The notes under the pieces are model-generated. The model was not told the DNA's origin. It saw nothing but the letters and a program-made list of their open reading frames with translations, and searched no databases. Below, one piece after another: positions 1 through 8,119 of a DNA stretch of 37,304 bases. Each line of letters opens with the position of its first letter. Position 1 is the first letter of the stretch. The position numbers and the translations under genes were made by a program. This DNA comes from Burkholderiaceae bacterium (GTDB lineage: Bacteria > Pseudomonadota > Gammaproteobacteria > Burkholderiales > Burkholderiaceae_D), in NCBI GenBank assembly GCA_035497775.1, contig DATJCV010000371.1, forward strand, positions 1-37,304, given 5' to 3'.

Positions 1-341
1 ATACGCTGGAAAATCAGCGCGTGCTATGGCGCGGCGAACTGTGGCCCGGGCAGCCGCTGGAATGGGAAATCAGCAAGGACGCGCCGCAAGGCGGCGATCC
101 CGCGGCGGCCGAAGCCGAGCCGGCCTGGCACAGCGTGGTGCGCTTCGAGCTGCCGCTGCTGGGCAAGGTGAGCGGAGCCATCCGGCTGGTCGGCCAGCGG
201 CTGCACATGCAGTTGCGCACCGAGACCGACGCCGCCGCCCTCGCCTTGCGCACGCATGGCGCCGAATTGGCGGATGCCTTGAGCGCCGCCGGCTCGCCTC
301 TCGACTCCCTGACGGTGAAACGCGATGCCGCCGAACCATGA
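1..341 (+). CDS. FliK-like flagellar hook-length control protein, C-terminal part only (5' end outside window)
   Basis: The frame of ORF 21..341 stays open back to base 3, so the gene is cut by the window edge. The C-terminal segment (SVVRFELPLLGKVSGAIRLVGQRLHMQLRTE...LADALSAAG) follows the same pattern as the C-terminal Flg_hook-type domain of the FliK at 8120..9328. It overlaps the next ORF by 17 nt. Confidence 0.55.
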   Translation, partial: TLENQRVLWRGELWPGQPLEWEISKDAPQGGDPAAAEAEPAWHSVVRFELPLLGKVSGAIRLVGQRLHMQLRTETDAAALALRTHGAELADALSAAGSPLDSLTVKRDAAEP

Positions 342-624
342 ATCGCCGCCGGTCGTGCCACCCAGCGCGGTCGCGCTAGCCTACCAAAACGGCGACGGCG
401 CGCCGAAAGTGGTGGCCAAGGGGCGCGGCTTGCTAGCCGAACAAATCATTGCGCGCGCCCGCGAGCACGACGTGTTCGTCCATGAATCGAAGGAACTGGT
501 GGCGCTATTGATGGAGGTCGAGCTGGACGACCAAATTCCGCCGGCGCTGTATCGAGCGGTAGCCGAACTGCTGGCGTGGCTGTATCAGATCGAAGCGGCG
601 CAAAAACGCGAGGGCAAGGTATGA
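325..624 (+). CDS. stand-alone FlhB C-terminal-domain-like protein (EscU/YscU/HrcU export-switch family)
   Basis: 99-aa ORF with ATG at 325. It aligns by eye with the post-cleavage part of the FlhB encoded at 34651..35814 (AVALAYQNGDGAPKVVAKGRGLLAEQI...IPPALYRAVAELLAWLYQ versus YAVALKYADGAMRAPKVVAKGADEVAAKI...IPEALYTAVAEVLAYVFQ). It has no TM region and no NPTH motif. Confidence 0.8.
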   Translation: MPPNHESPPVVPPSAVALAYQNGDGAPKVVAKGRGLLAEQIIARAREHDVFVHESKELVALLMEVELDDQIPPALYRAVAELLAWLYQIEAAQKREGKV

Positions 625-820
625 TGGCAAAATGTTGTCGGGTGGAACCAGCCGGATCCACGAGCGCAACCAGGGGAGATTCGGTTTTCCCGCGATTTTT
701 GCAAAAAAGACTCTACTTAAAATAGCGGGCCACCGGAAAGCGAAGCCAGGGAAGTTTCCCTTTTTGGGCGTATCCCGCAAGAATTGCTGTCACATCGTGA
801 CGTCCTCACCGATCACTTCA

Positions 821-1579
821 ATGCCAGACCACGACGACTTCCAGCCACTCGACCTCAGCGACTACGAAATCCATTCGCGGCGCGAAATCACCAATATTTT
901 GCGCAATCTGAGTGAATGCAATCAATTAATCCAATTGCGTATCGAAGACAGCGCCGACACCATCGTGACTTCGGTGCTGGCGGTCGACGAGAGCGCAGGC
1001 CATGTGGTGATCGACTGCGCGTCAAGTCCGACCATCAACCAGCGCATCATCGCCAGCGAGCACCTCTACTTTGAAACCGTGCTCAACAATATCCGCATCC
1101 TGTTCCAGACCAGCGGCGCGGCAGCCTGCCAGTTCCAAGGCGGCCCGGCGCTACAGACCGCGATCCCGCCGGTTCTGGTACGGCTGCAGCGGCGCGAGTT
1201 CTACCGCATGCCGACGCCGACCGCCACGCCGCTGCTATGCGAAATCCGGATTGGGGAAAAGGAAGGTACCCGCATCCTTACCCTGCCGCTGCAGAACATC
1301 AGCGGCGGCGGCATCGCGATCATGGATGAGCAAAAACTGCTGAATCCGGCAGCTGGTTTCATTTATCCGGATTGCCGTATCCAACTGCCGGCCGGGACCT
1401 TGCTGCAAACGGCGCTGGAAATTTGCAACGCACGCGATATCACGCTGGCCAACGGCAAGAACACGCGCCGCCTGGGCTGCCGTTTCGTTCACCTGCCCAG
1501 CGCCATGCTGAACGCGGTGCAGCGTTACATCACCAGCCTGGAGCGCGAACAGAACGCGAAAAATACCGGGCTGAGCTGA
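821..1579 (+). CDS. ycgR: flagellar brake protein YcgR (PilZ-domain c-di-GMP receptor)
   Basis: PilZ signatures are present: RxxxR (LQRREFYR) and D/NxSxxG (QNISGGGIAI). At 252 aa the size matches YcgR. The ORF in the track starts at 632, but the first 63 codons look non-coding, so I chose the internal ATG at 821 (MPDHDDFQPLDL...). Confidence 0.75.
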   Translation: MPDHDDFQPLDLSDYEIHSRREITNILRNLSECNQLIQLRIEDSADTIVTSVLAVDESAGHVVIDCASSPTINQRIIASEHLYFETVLNNIRILFQTSGAAACQFQGGPALQTAIPPVLVRLQRREFYRMPTPTATPLLCEIRIGEKEGTRILTLPLQNISGGGIAIMDEQKLLNPAAGFIYPDCRIQLPAGTLLQTALEICNARDITLANGKNTRRLGCRFVHLPSAMLNAVQRYITSLEREQNAKNTGLS

Positions 1580-1642
1580 CGCTGGCATGGCCGCCGGCAA
1601 CCGCTGGAGACGGAACGCATACGCCGTTTTCACCTGACATGA

Positions 1643-1710
1643 TCCCATATACTGGCCTATATCATGTCGAACCCAGAGCGCCAGATGGCACTATGAACAG
1701 CATACTCCGG
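1643..1710 (-). repeat. bipartite GGAGTAT-N46-GGAGTAT element, copy E4 (minus orientation)
   Basis: Read on the minus strand: a-site CCGGAGTATGCTGT (core 1702..1708) and b-site GGCCAGTATATGGG (core 1649..1655). The cores are exactly 53 bp apart. The b-site core has 2 mismatches, but AGTATATGG is identical to copies E1 and E3. Confidence 0.6.
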
Positions 1711-1782
1711 ATCGGCTGGCTATGTCGTAATTAACTATTGCGCTTTTTTCCTGCCGTTCCTGCGGAGGGTGATGCAGGGGTT

Positions 1783-1869
1783 GCGGACAGCGTGCAGTCC
1801 GCCTCCAGAACGGACTGCGCTTACCAGCGCAGATGCGCCCTGCAAGGGGGTGGGAATGCACGCATTCCC
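1783..1869. other. cluster of overlapping, mutually exclusive hairpins and one extended palindrome
   Basis: GCGGAC(1783-1788)/GTCCGC(1797-1802); GCAGTCCG(1794-1801)/CGGACTGC(1811-1818); CTGCGC(1815-1820)/GCGCAG(1827-1832); GGGAATGC(1852-1859)/GCATTCCC(1862-1869). Consecutive stems share bases. Confidence 0.4.
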
Positions 1870-2060
1870 GCCTTCGCGGAGATGACAGGAGTGGGATGTT
1901 TTTGCTGGATGAAATGGCTGATGACGGTAGGCGGATCTGTTCAACCATTGATTGCGGCATTGCCGAGCGACTCACCCTGGCGCGGCTATGGAAGCGGCTC
2001 GATCGCGTGACTGGACTGCACGCACGCTCTGTGGAATCCCAGAAAAAAATCCAATGAGGC

Positions 2061-2125
2061 AGAGTATGTGGAAATAACTTCTTATTTTCGCCCGAAAATC
2101 ATTCTCAACCTACGGAGCATCTGCG
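2061..2125 (+). repeat. bipartite element, copy E5 (degenerate, plus orientation)
   Basis: The a-site AGAGTATGTGGA (core 2061..2067) contains AGTATGTGG, identical to the E1 a-site. The b-site GGAGCATCTGCG has its core at 2114..2120. The cores are exactly 53 bp apart. This is the weakest copy. Confidence 0.45.
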
Positions 2126-2149
2126 GAATGGCGGCACCCGCAGGCACGT

Positions 2150-2497
2150 TCATATCTGCATGTTCATGATGTCGTGATACGCCGACACCAGCTTGTTGCG
2201 CGCCTGCACCGTCGCCTGGAAGGTGATGCTGGCTTTTTGCATCGAGATCATCATGTCGGACAGGCTGACCTTGTCGTCGCCCATGGCAAAATCCTGGGCC
2301 ATTTGTTCCGACTTCCGCTGCACGCTGTTGACGGAATCGAGCGACGCCTTCAAGGCATCGGCAAAGCCGGGCTTGACCACCGGCTCCTGCGACTGCAGCT
2401 GCAGCGGATTGGCCACGCCCTGGGTGCGGGCGGCGGCCGTTTTGAGTTGCGCCACCATGGCTTCGATCCGGCTGGTGTCGATGATTCCCACGCTCAT
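2150..2497 (-). CDS. fliE: flagellar hook-basal body complex protein FliE
   Basis: 115 aa. The C-terminus (MQKASITFQATVQARNKLVSAYHDIMNMQI) is typical of FliE. A GGGGAG RBS lies 8 nt upstream of the ATG. The gene is divergent from fliF. Confidence 0.9.
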   Translation of the reverse strand: MSVGIIDTSRIEAMVAQLKTAAARTQGVANPLQLQSQEPVVKPGFADALKASLDSVNSVQRKSEQMAQDFAMGDDKVSLSDMMISMQKASITFQATVQARNKLVSAYHDIMNMQI

Positions 2498-2715
2498 TGC
2501 ATTGCTCCCCTGCTGGCTGGCGCCATGCGCCGCGATGACAGCACATTAACACGTGTGCGTTTTGGCTTCGCTCCGAAAAGGGCGAGAAATATCGCTCTGT
2601 TCCAAAGATTGAAATGCGCTGGCCGCACGACAATCGGCATAAGGCTAAAAGCGTAAACAACGAGGCATCAGGTGAATCCAGACACTTTCCATCAATCCGG
2701 CGGCGGAAGCGCATC

Positions 2716-4362
2716 ATGGCGGTAGCGGCGGACGGCACCGTTACGCCCGGCTTCATGGGGCTGACGCAAACGCCGGGCGCGCGCAATGCGCTGCTGGCGG
2801 TCGCGGCGGCGGCCATCGTCGCGGTCATGGCCGGGGTCTGGATGTGGAGCCAGGCGCCGGATTACCGCATTCTGTTTTCGAATTTCTCGGATCGGGATGG
2901 TGGCGCGATCGTCGCTTCGCTGCAGCAGATGAACGTTCCCTACAAGTTCGCCGACGGCGGCGGCGCCATTCTGGTGCCGGCCGACCAGGTGTACGATGCG
3001 CGCCTGAAGCTGGCTGCGCAAGGTTTGCCGAAAGGCGGCGGCGTCGGCTTCGAGCTGATGGAAAACCAGAAGCTGGGCGTGTCGCAATTCCTGGAACAGG
3101 TGAATTTCCAGCGCGCGCTGGAAGGCGAGCTGGCGCGCTCGATCCAGGCGGTGGGAGCGGTACAGTCGGCGCGCATCCATCTGGCCCTGCCGAAGGCGTC
3201 GGTGTTCGTGCGCGAGCAGCAGCAGCCGACCGCATCGGTACTGCTGAACCTGCATCCGGGCCGCACCCTGGACCAGCAACAGGTCAGCGCCATCGTCCAC
3301 TTGGTGGCTTCCAGCGTGCCGAACCTGCCGCCGAAGAACGTCACGCTGGTCGATCAGAACGGCAATCTGCTGTCGGAATCCGACAAAAAAATCCGCGCCA
3401 ACGGCCTCGATCCGAGCCAATTGAAATACGTGCAGGAGCTGCAGCAAAGCATCGCGCAGCGAGTGGAATCGATCATCACGCCGATCGTCGGCCCCAACAA
3501 CGTGCGCGCCGAAGCCACCGCCGACGTCGATTTTTCGCACAGCGAGCAGGCAGCGGAAATCTATAAGCCGAACCAGACGCCCGATGCCGGCGCGGTGCGC
3601 AGCCTGCAGAGCAGCGAATCGCAGAACGGCGGCAGCGCCAACCCCAGCGGTGTCCCCGGCGCGCTGTCGAACCAGCCGCCGGTGCCGGCCACCGCGCCGC
3701 TGACCGTGCCAGCCGTGACCGGCCAGGCTGCCGGCGCCGCTAACCCGCCGGCCACGACGCACAAAGAATCGACCGTCAATTACGAAGTGGATAAAACCAT
3801 CCGCTACGTGCAGCAGCCGATGGGCGGCGTCAAGCGGCTGTCGGTGGCGGTGGTGGTCAATTACAAGCGCGAACTGGACGCCGATGGCAAGCTGGTGAGC
3901 CGGCCGCTGTCCGACGCCGAAAAGACGCAGATCACCGACCTGGTCAAGGAAGCGATGGGTTACAACAAGGATCGCGGCGATACCCTGAACGTGGTCAACA
4001 GTCCGTTCGCCGGGGTGGAAAAGGAAATCGTCCCCGATGTGCCGCTGTGGAAACGGCCGGAAGCGCTGGAGATGGCAACACAGGGAGGTAAATACCTGCT
4101 GGCCGGCCTGGTGCTGCTGTACCTGTTCTTCGCCTTCCTGCGCCCCACCCTGCGCAAGCTGGCCAATCCGCAGCCGGCAGCGCTGCCGGAACCGGTCGAG
4201 GAAGATGCAGTGGTGCAGATCTCCGCTGCGACGCCGGACGAGCCGCCGGCGCTGTTGCCGCGTACTTATCAAAACAACCTCGACATGGCGCGGCAACTGG
4301 CGCGGGACGACCCGAAAGTGGTGGCCAATATCGTCAAGAACTGGGTGAACAGCAATGAGTGA
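2716..4362 (+). CDS. fliF: flagellar M-ring protein FliF
   Basis: 548 aa, with an N-terminal TM segment (LLAVAAAAIVAVMAGVWMW), a periplasmic ring region and a C-terminal TM segment (YLLAGLVLLYLFFAFL). It is followed by fliG with an 8-nt overlap. The ORF opens at 2614; I prefer the ATG at 2716 (MAVAADG...). Confidence 0.9.
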   Translation: MAVAADGTVTPGFMGLTQTPGARNALLAVAAAAIVAVMAGVWMWSQAPDYRILFSNFSDRDGGAIVASLQQMNVPYKFADGGGAILVPADQVYDARLKLAAQGLPKGGGVGFELMENQKLGVSQFLEQVNFQRALEGELARSIQAVGAVQSARIHLALPKASVFVREQQQPTASVLLNLHPGRTLDQQQVSAIVHLVASSVPNLPPKNVTLVDQNGNLLSESDKKIRANGLDPSQLKYVQELQQSIAQRVESIITPIVGPNNVRAEATADVDFSHSEQAAEIYKPNQTPDAGAVRSLQSSESQNGGSANPSGVPGALSNQPPVPATAPLTVPAVTGQAAGAANPPATTHKESTVNYEVDKTIRYVQQPMGGVKRLSVAVVVNYKRELDADGKLVSRPLSDAEKTQITDLVKEAMGYNKDRGDTLNVVNSPFAGVEKEIVPDVPLWKRPEALEMATQGGKYLLAGLVLLYLFFAFLRPTLRKLANPQPAALPEPVEEDAVVQISAATPDEPPALLPRTYQNNLDMARQLARDDPKVVANIVKNWVNSNE

Positions 4363-5350
4363 ACTCGGCATCCAGAAAGGCGCGATCCTGATGCTGGCAC
4401 TGGGCGAGGATGAAGCGGCCGAAGTCATGAAATACCTCGGCCCGCGCGAAGTACAGAAGCTCGGCGCCGCCATGTCGGTGATGAAAGGCGTGGCCAACGA
4501 AGACCTCGGTGCGGTGTTGAACGAGTTTCGCAATGAAACCGAGATGCACACCTCGCTCGGCCTCGATTCGGACGAATATATCCGCTCCGTGCTGACCAAG
4601 GCGCTCGGCAACGACAAGGCATCCTCGCTGCTGAACCGGATTCTCGGCGGGCGCGACGCGTCCGGCATCGAAAGCCTGAAATGGATGGATGCGCAATCGG
4701 TGGCCGACCTGATCCGCCACGAGCATCCGCAGATCATCGCCACCATCCTGGTGCACCTGGAGCGCTACCACGCCTGCGAGGTGCTGGACCAGTTCACCGA
4801 GCGGCTGCGCAACGACGTCGTGCTGCGCATCGCCACCCTGGATGGGGTGCAGCCGGCGGCGCTGCGCGAGCTGAACGAGGTGCTGACCAAGCTGTTGTCC
4901 GGCAACGAAAACCTGAAGAAGAAGCCGATGGGCGGGACACGCGCCGCCGCGGAAATCCTTAATTTCCTGTCGGGCGAAAACGAAGCTTCGGTGATGGAAA
5001 ACCTGAAGAACTACGACGCCGACATGGCGCAGCGCATCATGGACGAAATGTTCGTGTTTGACAACATCATGGACATTGACGACCGCGGCGTCCAGATCAT
5101 CCTGCGCGAAGTGCAGTCGGAATCGCTGATCATCGCACTGAAAGGCGCGCCGCCGGAATTGCGCGAGAAAATCTTCAAGAACATGTCGCAGCGCGCCGCC
5201 GACATGATGCGCGAAGACCTGGAATCGAAAGGCCCGGTGCGCCTGTCCGAGGTCGAGGCGCAGCAGAAGGAAATCCTGCAGATCGTCCGCAAGCTGGCCG
5301 ACGAGGGCCAGATCATGCTGGGAGCGAAGGGCGATGATGCCTATGTCTAA
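4355..5350 (+). CDS. fliG: flagellar motor switch protein FliG
   Basis: 331 aa. It has a typical FliG N-terminus (GAILMLALGEDEAAEVMKYL) and C-terminal torque helix region (MSQRAADMMREDLE). Confidence 0.95.
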   Translation: MSELGIQKGAILMLALGEDEAAEVMKYLGPREVQKLGAAMSVMKGVANEDLGAVLNEFRNETEMHTSLGLDSDEYIRSVLTKALGNDKASSLLNRILGGRDASGIESLKWMDAQSVADLIRHEHPQIIATILVHLERYHACEVLDQFTERLRNDVVLRIATLDGVQPAALRELNEVLTKLLSGNENLKKKPMGGTRAAAEILNFLSGENEASVMENLKNYDADMAQRIMDEMFVFDNIMDIDDRGVQIILREVQSESLIIALKGAPPELREKIFKNMSQRAADMMREDLESKGPVRLSEVEAQQKEILQIVRKLADEGQIMLGAKGDDAYV

Positions 5351-5990
5351 CGGGGTCATTCCGAAAGAACAGATGTCGGCTTTCCAGCGCTGGGAAATGG
5401 CCTCCTTCAACGAGCGCCCGCCCAGTCCGCCGGCGGCGCCGAAAGTCGAGTACCCGACCATCGAGGAGTTGGCGGAAATCCGTGACGCCGCCCGCCGGAA
5501 GGGCCACGACGAAGGCTGGGCCGACGGCCGCGCTGCGGGCTTAGCGCAAGGGCAGGCCGAAGCGGCAGCCGAGCTGCAGCACTTGCGGCAGATCGCCGAG
5601 ACCTTCGGCCACGAAGTGGCGCGCGCCGATGAGGTGGTGGCGCAACAAATGCTCGATCTGGCCCTGGACCTGGCCAAAGCCATGCTGAAAACCGCGCTGG
5701 CGGTGCGTCCGCAACTGGTCTTGCCAATCGTCGCCGAAGCGATCCATTACCTGCCTGCGCTGCAGCAGCCGGCGCTCTTGTTTCTGCATCCGGAGGATGC
5801 GCGGTTGATCACGAATCACATGAGCGACGAGCTGGAAAAAGCCGGCTGGCGCGTGGTCGACGATGCGCAACTGGAACGCGGCGGCTGCCGGATTGAAACC
5901 GCCAGCAACCAGATCGACGCCTCCACCGCCACCCGCTGGCAGCGCATCGCCGCCGCGCTGGGCAAGGACTCGGAGTGGCTGGACGCATGA
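5334..5990 (+). CDS. fliH: flagellar assembly protein FliH
   Basis: About 215 aa, sitting between fliG and fliI. It has a charged coiled-coil centre and a C-terminal [15 protein letters not shown] motif. Three in-frame ATGs (5334, 5337, 5343) make the exact start ambiguous. Confidence 0.85.
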   Translation: MMPMSNGVIPKEQMSAFQRWEMASFNERPPSPPAAPKVEYPTIEELAEIRDAARRKGHDEGWADGRAAGLAQGQAEAAAELQHLRQIAETFGHEVARADEVVAQQMLDLALDLAKAMLKTALAVRPQLVLPIVAEAIHYLPALQQPALLFLHPEDARLITNHMSDELEKAGWRVVDDAQLERGGCRIETASNQIDASTATRWQRIAAALGKDSEWLDA

Positions 5991-7420
5991 CAGAATCTTC
6001 CACACCCGCCGCGCAGCAGCCGCCGCTATCGCGCCACGGCCGGCGCTGGCAAGCCTACCTGCAGGACTGCCGGGCGCTGGCATCGCTGACCGAGCCGATG
6101 CTGGTGTCGGGCCGCGTGACGCGCGTGGCCGGGTTGGTGATGGAAGCGGTCGGGCTCAAGCTGGCGGTCGGCAGCGCCTGCACCGTGCCGCTGCCGAACG
6201 GCGCACGACTGGAAGCGGAGGTGGTCGGCTTCGACGGCGAACGGCTGTTCCTGATGCCGCAAAGCGATGTCGAAGGCATCGTGCCCGGCACGCGCGTGTT
6301 TCCGGTGGAAGCGGCGCACAGCCTGCCGCGTGCCGGCGCGGTCGACCATCCGCGCCGCCGTCCTGGCGACCGCGGCCGGCACCTACCGGTCGGCGACGAA
6401 TTGCTGGGGCGGGTGCTGGATGGCGCCGGCCGCCCGCTCGACAAGCTGGGGCCGCTGCATGCCGCCAATTCGGCGCCGCTCAACGTGCGCGCCGCCAATC
6501 CGCTGTCGCGCGCGCCGATCGTGGACATCCTCGATGTCGGCGTGCGCGCGATCAACAGCATGCTGACCGTCGGCCGCGGCCAGCGCATGGGCCTGTTCGC
6601 CGGCTCCGGCGTCGGCAAAAGCGTGCTGCTGGGGATGATGGCGCGCTACACCAGCGCCGACGTGATCGTGGTCGGCCTGATCGGCGAACGCGGCCGCGAA
6701 GTCAAGGAATTCATCGAGCAGATCCTCGGCAGCGAAGGTCTGGCGCGCTCGGTGGTGGTGGCCGCTCCGGCCGACACGCCGCCGCTAATGCGCCTGCAGG
6801 GCGCGGCCTACGCCACCGCGATCGCCGAGCATTTCCGCGACCAGGGCAAGCACGTGCTGCTGATCATGGATTCGCTGACGCGCTATGCGATGGCGCAGCG
6901 CGAGATCGCGCTGGCGATCGGCGAGCCGCCCGCCACCAAGGGTTACCCGCCATCGGTGTTCGCCAAGCTGCCGGCCCTGGTCGAGCGCGCCGGCAACGGC
7001 AAGCCGGGCGGCGGTTCGATCACCGCCTTCTACACCGTGCTGACCGAGGGCGACGATCAGCAGGACCCGATCGCCGATTCCGCGCGCGCCATCCTGGACG
7101 GCCACATCGTGCTGAACCGGGTGCTGGCCGAAGGCGGCCACTATCCGGCGATCGACATCGAGCAATCGATTTCGCGCGCGATGCACACCATCACTTCCGC
7201 CGAACACCAGGCGAAAACGCGCAAGCTGAAACAACTGTACTCACGCTACCAGCGCAACCGCGACCTGATCGCGGTCGGCGCTTACAGCCCCGGCAGCGAC
7301 CCGGTGCTGGATGAAGCGATCGCGCTCAACACCAAAATCGAAGCGTTCTTGCAGCAAGCCATCCCGGAACGGGCCGGCGTTGCCGAGAGCTTGGCGCAAC
7401 TTACCGCTCTATTCGACTGA
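5987..7420 (+). CDS. fliI: flagellum-specific ATP synthase FliI
   Basis: Walker A (GSGVGKS) and Walker B (VLLIMDS) motifs are present. The ATG at 5987 overlaps the fliH stop (ATGA); the ORF in the track starts at a GTG at 5975. Confidence 0.95.
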   Translation: MTESSTPAAQQPPLSRHGRRWQAYLQDCRALASLTEPMLVSGRVTRVAGLVMEAVGLKLAVGSACTVPLPNGARLEAEVVGFDGERLFLMPQSDVEGIVPGTRVFPVEAAHSLPRAGAVDHPRRRPGDRGRHLPVGDELLGRVLDGAGRPLDKLGPLHAANSAPLNVRAANPLSRAPIVDILDVGVRAINSMLTVGRGQRMGLFAGSGVGKSVLLGMMARYTSADVIVVGLIGERGREVKEFIEQILGSEGLARSVVVAAPADTPPLMRLQGAAYATAIAEHFRDQGKHVLLIMDSLTRYAMAQREIALAIGEPPATKGYPPSVFAKLPALVERAGNGKPGGGSITAFYTVLTEGDDQQDPIADSARAILDGHIVLNRVLAEGGHYPAIDIEQSISRAMHTITSAEHQAKTRKLKQLYSRYQRNRDLIAVGAYSPGSDPVLDEAIALNTKIEAFLQQAIPERAGVAESLAQLTALFD

Positions 7421-7511
7421 TCGACGGACGCCGGCGCCAAATACAATTAGGGCATATGCAAGACGCTTGCCGTTCGGTTACGGTCCAGCCGCAGCCTTGA
7501 TAGTTAATCGA

Positions 7512-7578
7512 TGGAGTATGTGGCTAAAATCGCCGCTATAAGCTCGATATCCACCGCTAACATTTGGAGTATATGGCC
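7512..7578 (+). repeat. bipartite GGAGTAT-N46-GGAGTAT element, copy E1
   Basis: The a-site is TGGAGTATGTGGC (core 7513..7519) and the b-site is TGGAGTATATGGC (core 7566..7572). The cores are exactly 53 bp apart. The copy lies in the 200-bp AT-richer gap between fliI and fliJ. Confidence 0.7.
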
Positions 7579-7620
7579 TTGCCAGTTCGCACGAACGGGT
7601 TTTAAGGATTCGATTCATCT

Positions 7621-8061
7621 ATGGCAACCTCGTCCGCAATCCACACGCTGATCGAACTGGCGACCCAGGAAACCGATGAAGCCGCCAAGCGGCTGGGCCA
7701 GGCCGTACGCGCCGCCGAGGAAGCGCGGCAAAAGCTGAGCCTGCTGCAACAGTACCGCGACGATTACGCGGCGCGCTTTCAGGCGAGCGTTGCAGCCGGG
7801 CTATCGGCCACCGGCTTTCGCAATTTCCAGGTGTTCATCGACAAGCTCGATAGCGCGATCGTCAGCCAGCAGCAAGCGGTGCATGAAGCCGAGCGCGGCA
7901 TTGCGCAGGAGCGCGGCGCCTGGCAAGCCAGCGAGCGCAAGCGCATGTCGTACGACACGCTGGCGACGCGGGCGCAAAAGGCAGCGCAAAAGCAGGAAAA
8001 CAGGCGCGACCAGAAGCAAAGCGACGAGCATGCCGCGCGCCTGACGCTATACAAACGCTAG
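7621..8061 (+). CDS. fliJ: flagellar export chaperone-like protein FliJ
   Basis: 146 aa, all-helical and charged. It contains LLQQYRDDY and the RKRMSYDTL...DEHA tail characteristic of FliJ, and sits between fliI and fliK. Confidence 0.85.
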   Translation: MATSSAIHTLIELATQETDEAAKRLGQAVRAAEEARQKLSLLQQYRDDYAARFQASVAAGLSATGFRNFQVFIDKLDSAIVSQQQAVHEAERGIAQERGAWQASERKRMSYDTLATRAQKAAQKQENRRDQKQSDEHAARLTLYKR

Positions 8062-8119
8062 CGCCGCACGGCAGCCAAAAGCTGTTTGCGACCTTCGACC
8101 ACAACCGGTAAATGCCATC

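Noticed and set aside
698-722. A possible sigma-70 or sigma-28 promoter for ycgR (TTGCAA...TAAAAT; TAAA-N15-AAAGCGAA).
   Set aside because: The spacer between the hexamers is only 13 nt, and the sigma-28 -10 match is 3 of 8. It is not supportable.
632-820. N-terminal extensions offered by the ORF track. The affected genes and track starts are ycgR (632), fliF (2614), fliI (5975), fliR (12992), flgK (16912), flgH (19725), flgB (24248), motA (29943) and fliA (30482).
   Set aside because: The extensions overlap upstream genes or translate to non-protein-like sequence. Internal starts give the conserved family N-termini and usually have an RBS or stop/start overlap. The track also counts GTG and TTG as Met.
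1896-2057. A 53-aa ORF (MFLLDEMADDGRRICSTIDCGIAERLTLARLWKRLDRV...) with an AGGAG 4 nt upstream, in the ycgR-fliE core.
   Set aside because: Third-position GC is about 58%, clearly lower than in the flanking flagellar genes by eye. I recognise no family, and the region is dominated by hairpins. It is kept only as a weak possibility under the 1580..2149 finding.
2514-2528. A sigma-54-like match, TGGCTGGCGCCATGC (GG-N10-GC), on the plus strand in the fliE/fliF divergent region.
   Set aside because: The spacing is correct, but the -24 and -12 flanks are weak and the region is GC-rich, so chance matches are plausible. It lies about 190 bp from the fliF ATG and abuts the fliE start. It is not supportable without TSS data.
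2692-4746. A 684-aa ORF on the minus strand, and similar long ORFs (for example 5863..7314 +, 15914..17380 +, 18461..19768 +, 27894..29285 +, 31440..32546 +, 32576..33757 +, 34591..35625 +, 36222..37211 -).
   Set aside because: They lie antisense to or out of frame with well-recognised flagellar genes. They are Arg/Ala/Gly/Pro/His-rich low-complexity translations typical of shadow ORFs in high-GC DNA, with no recognisable family motifs.
7545-7553. A DnaA-box-like ATATCCACC inside copy E1.
   Set aside because: It is a single 7/9 match with no cluster of boxes and no replication-origin context.
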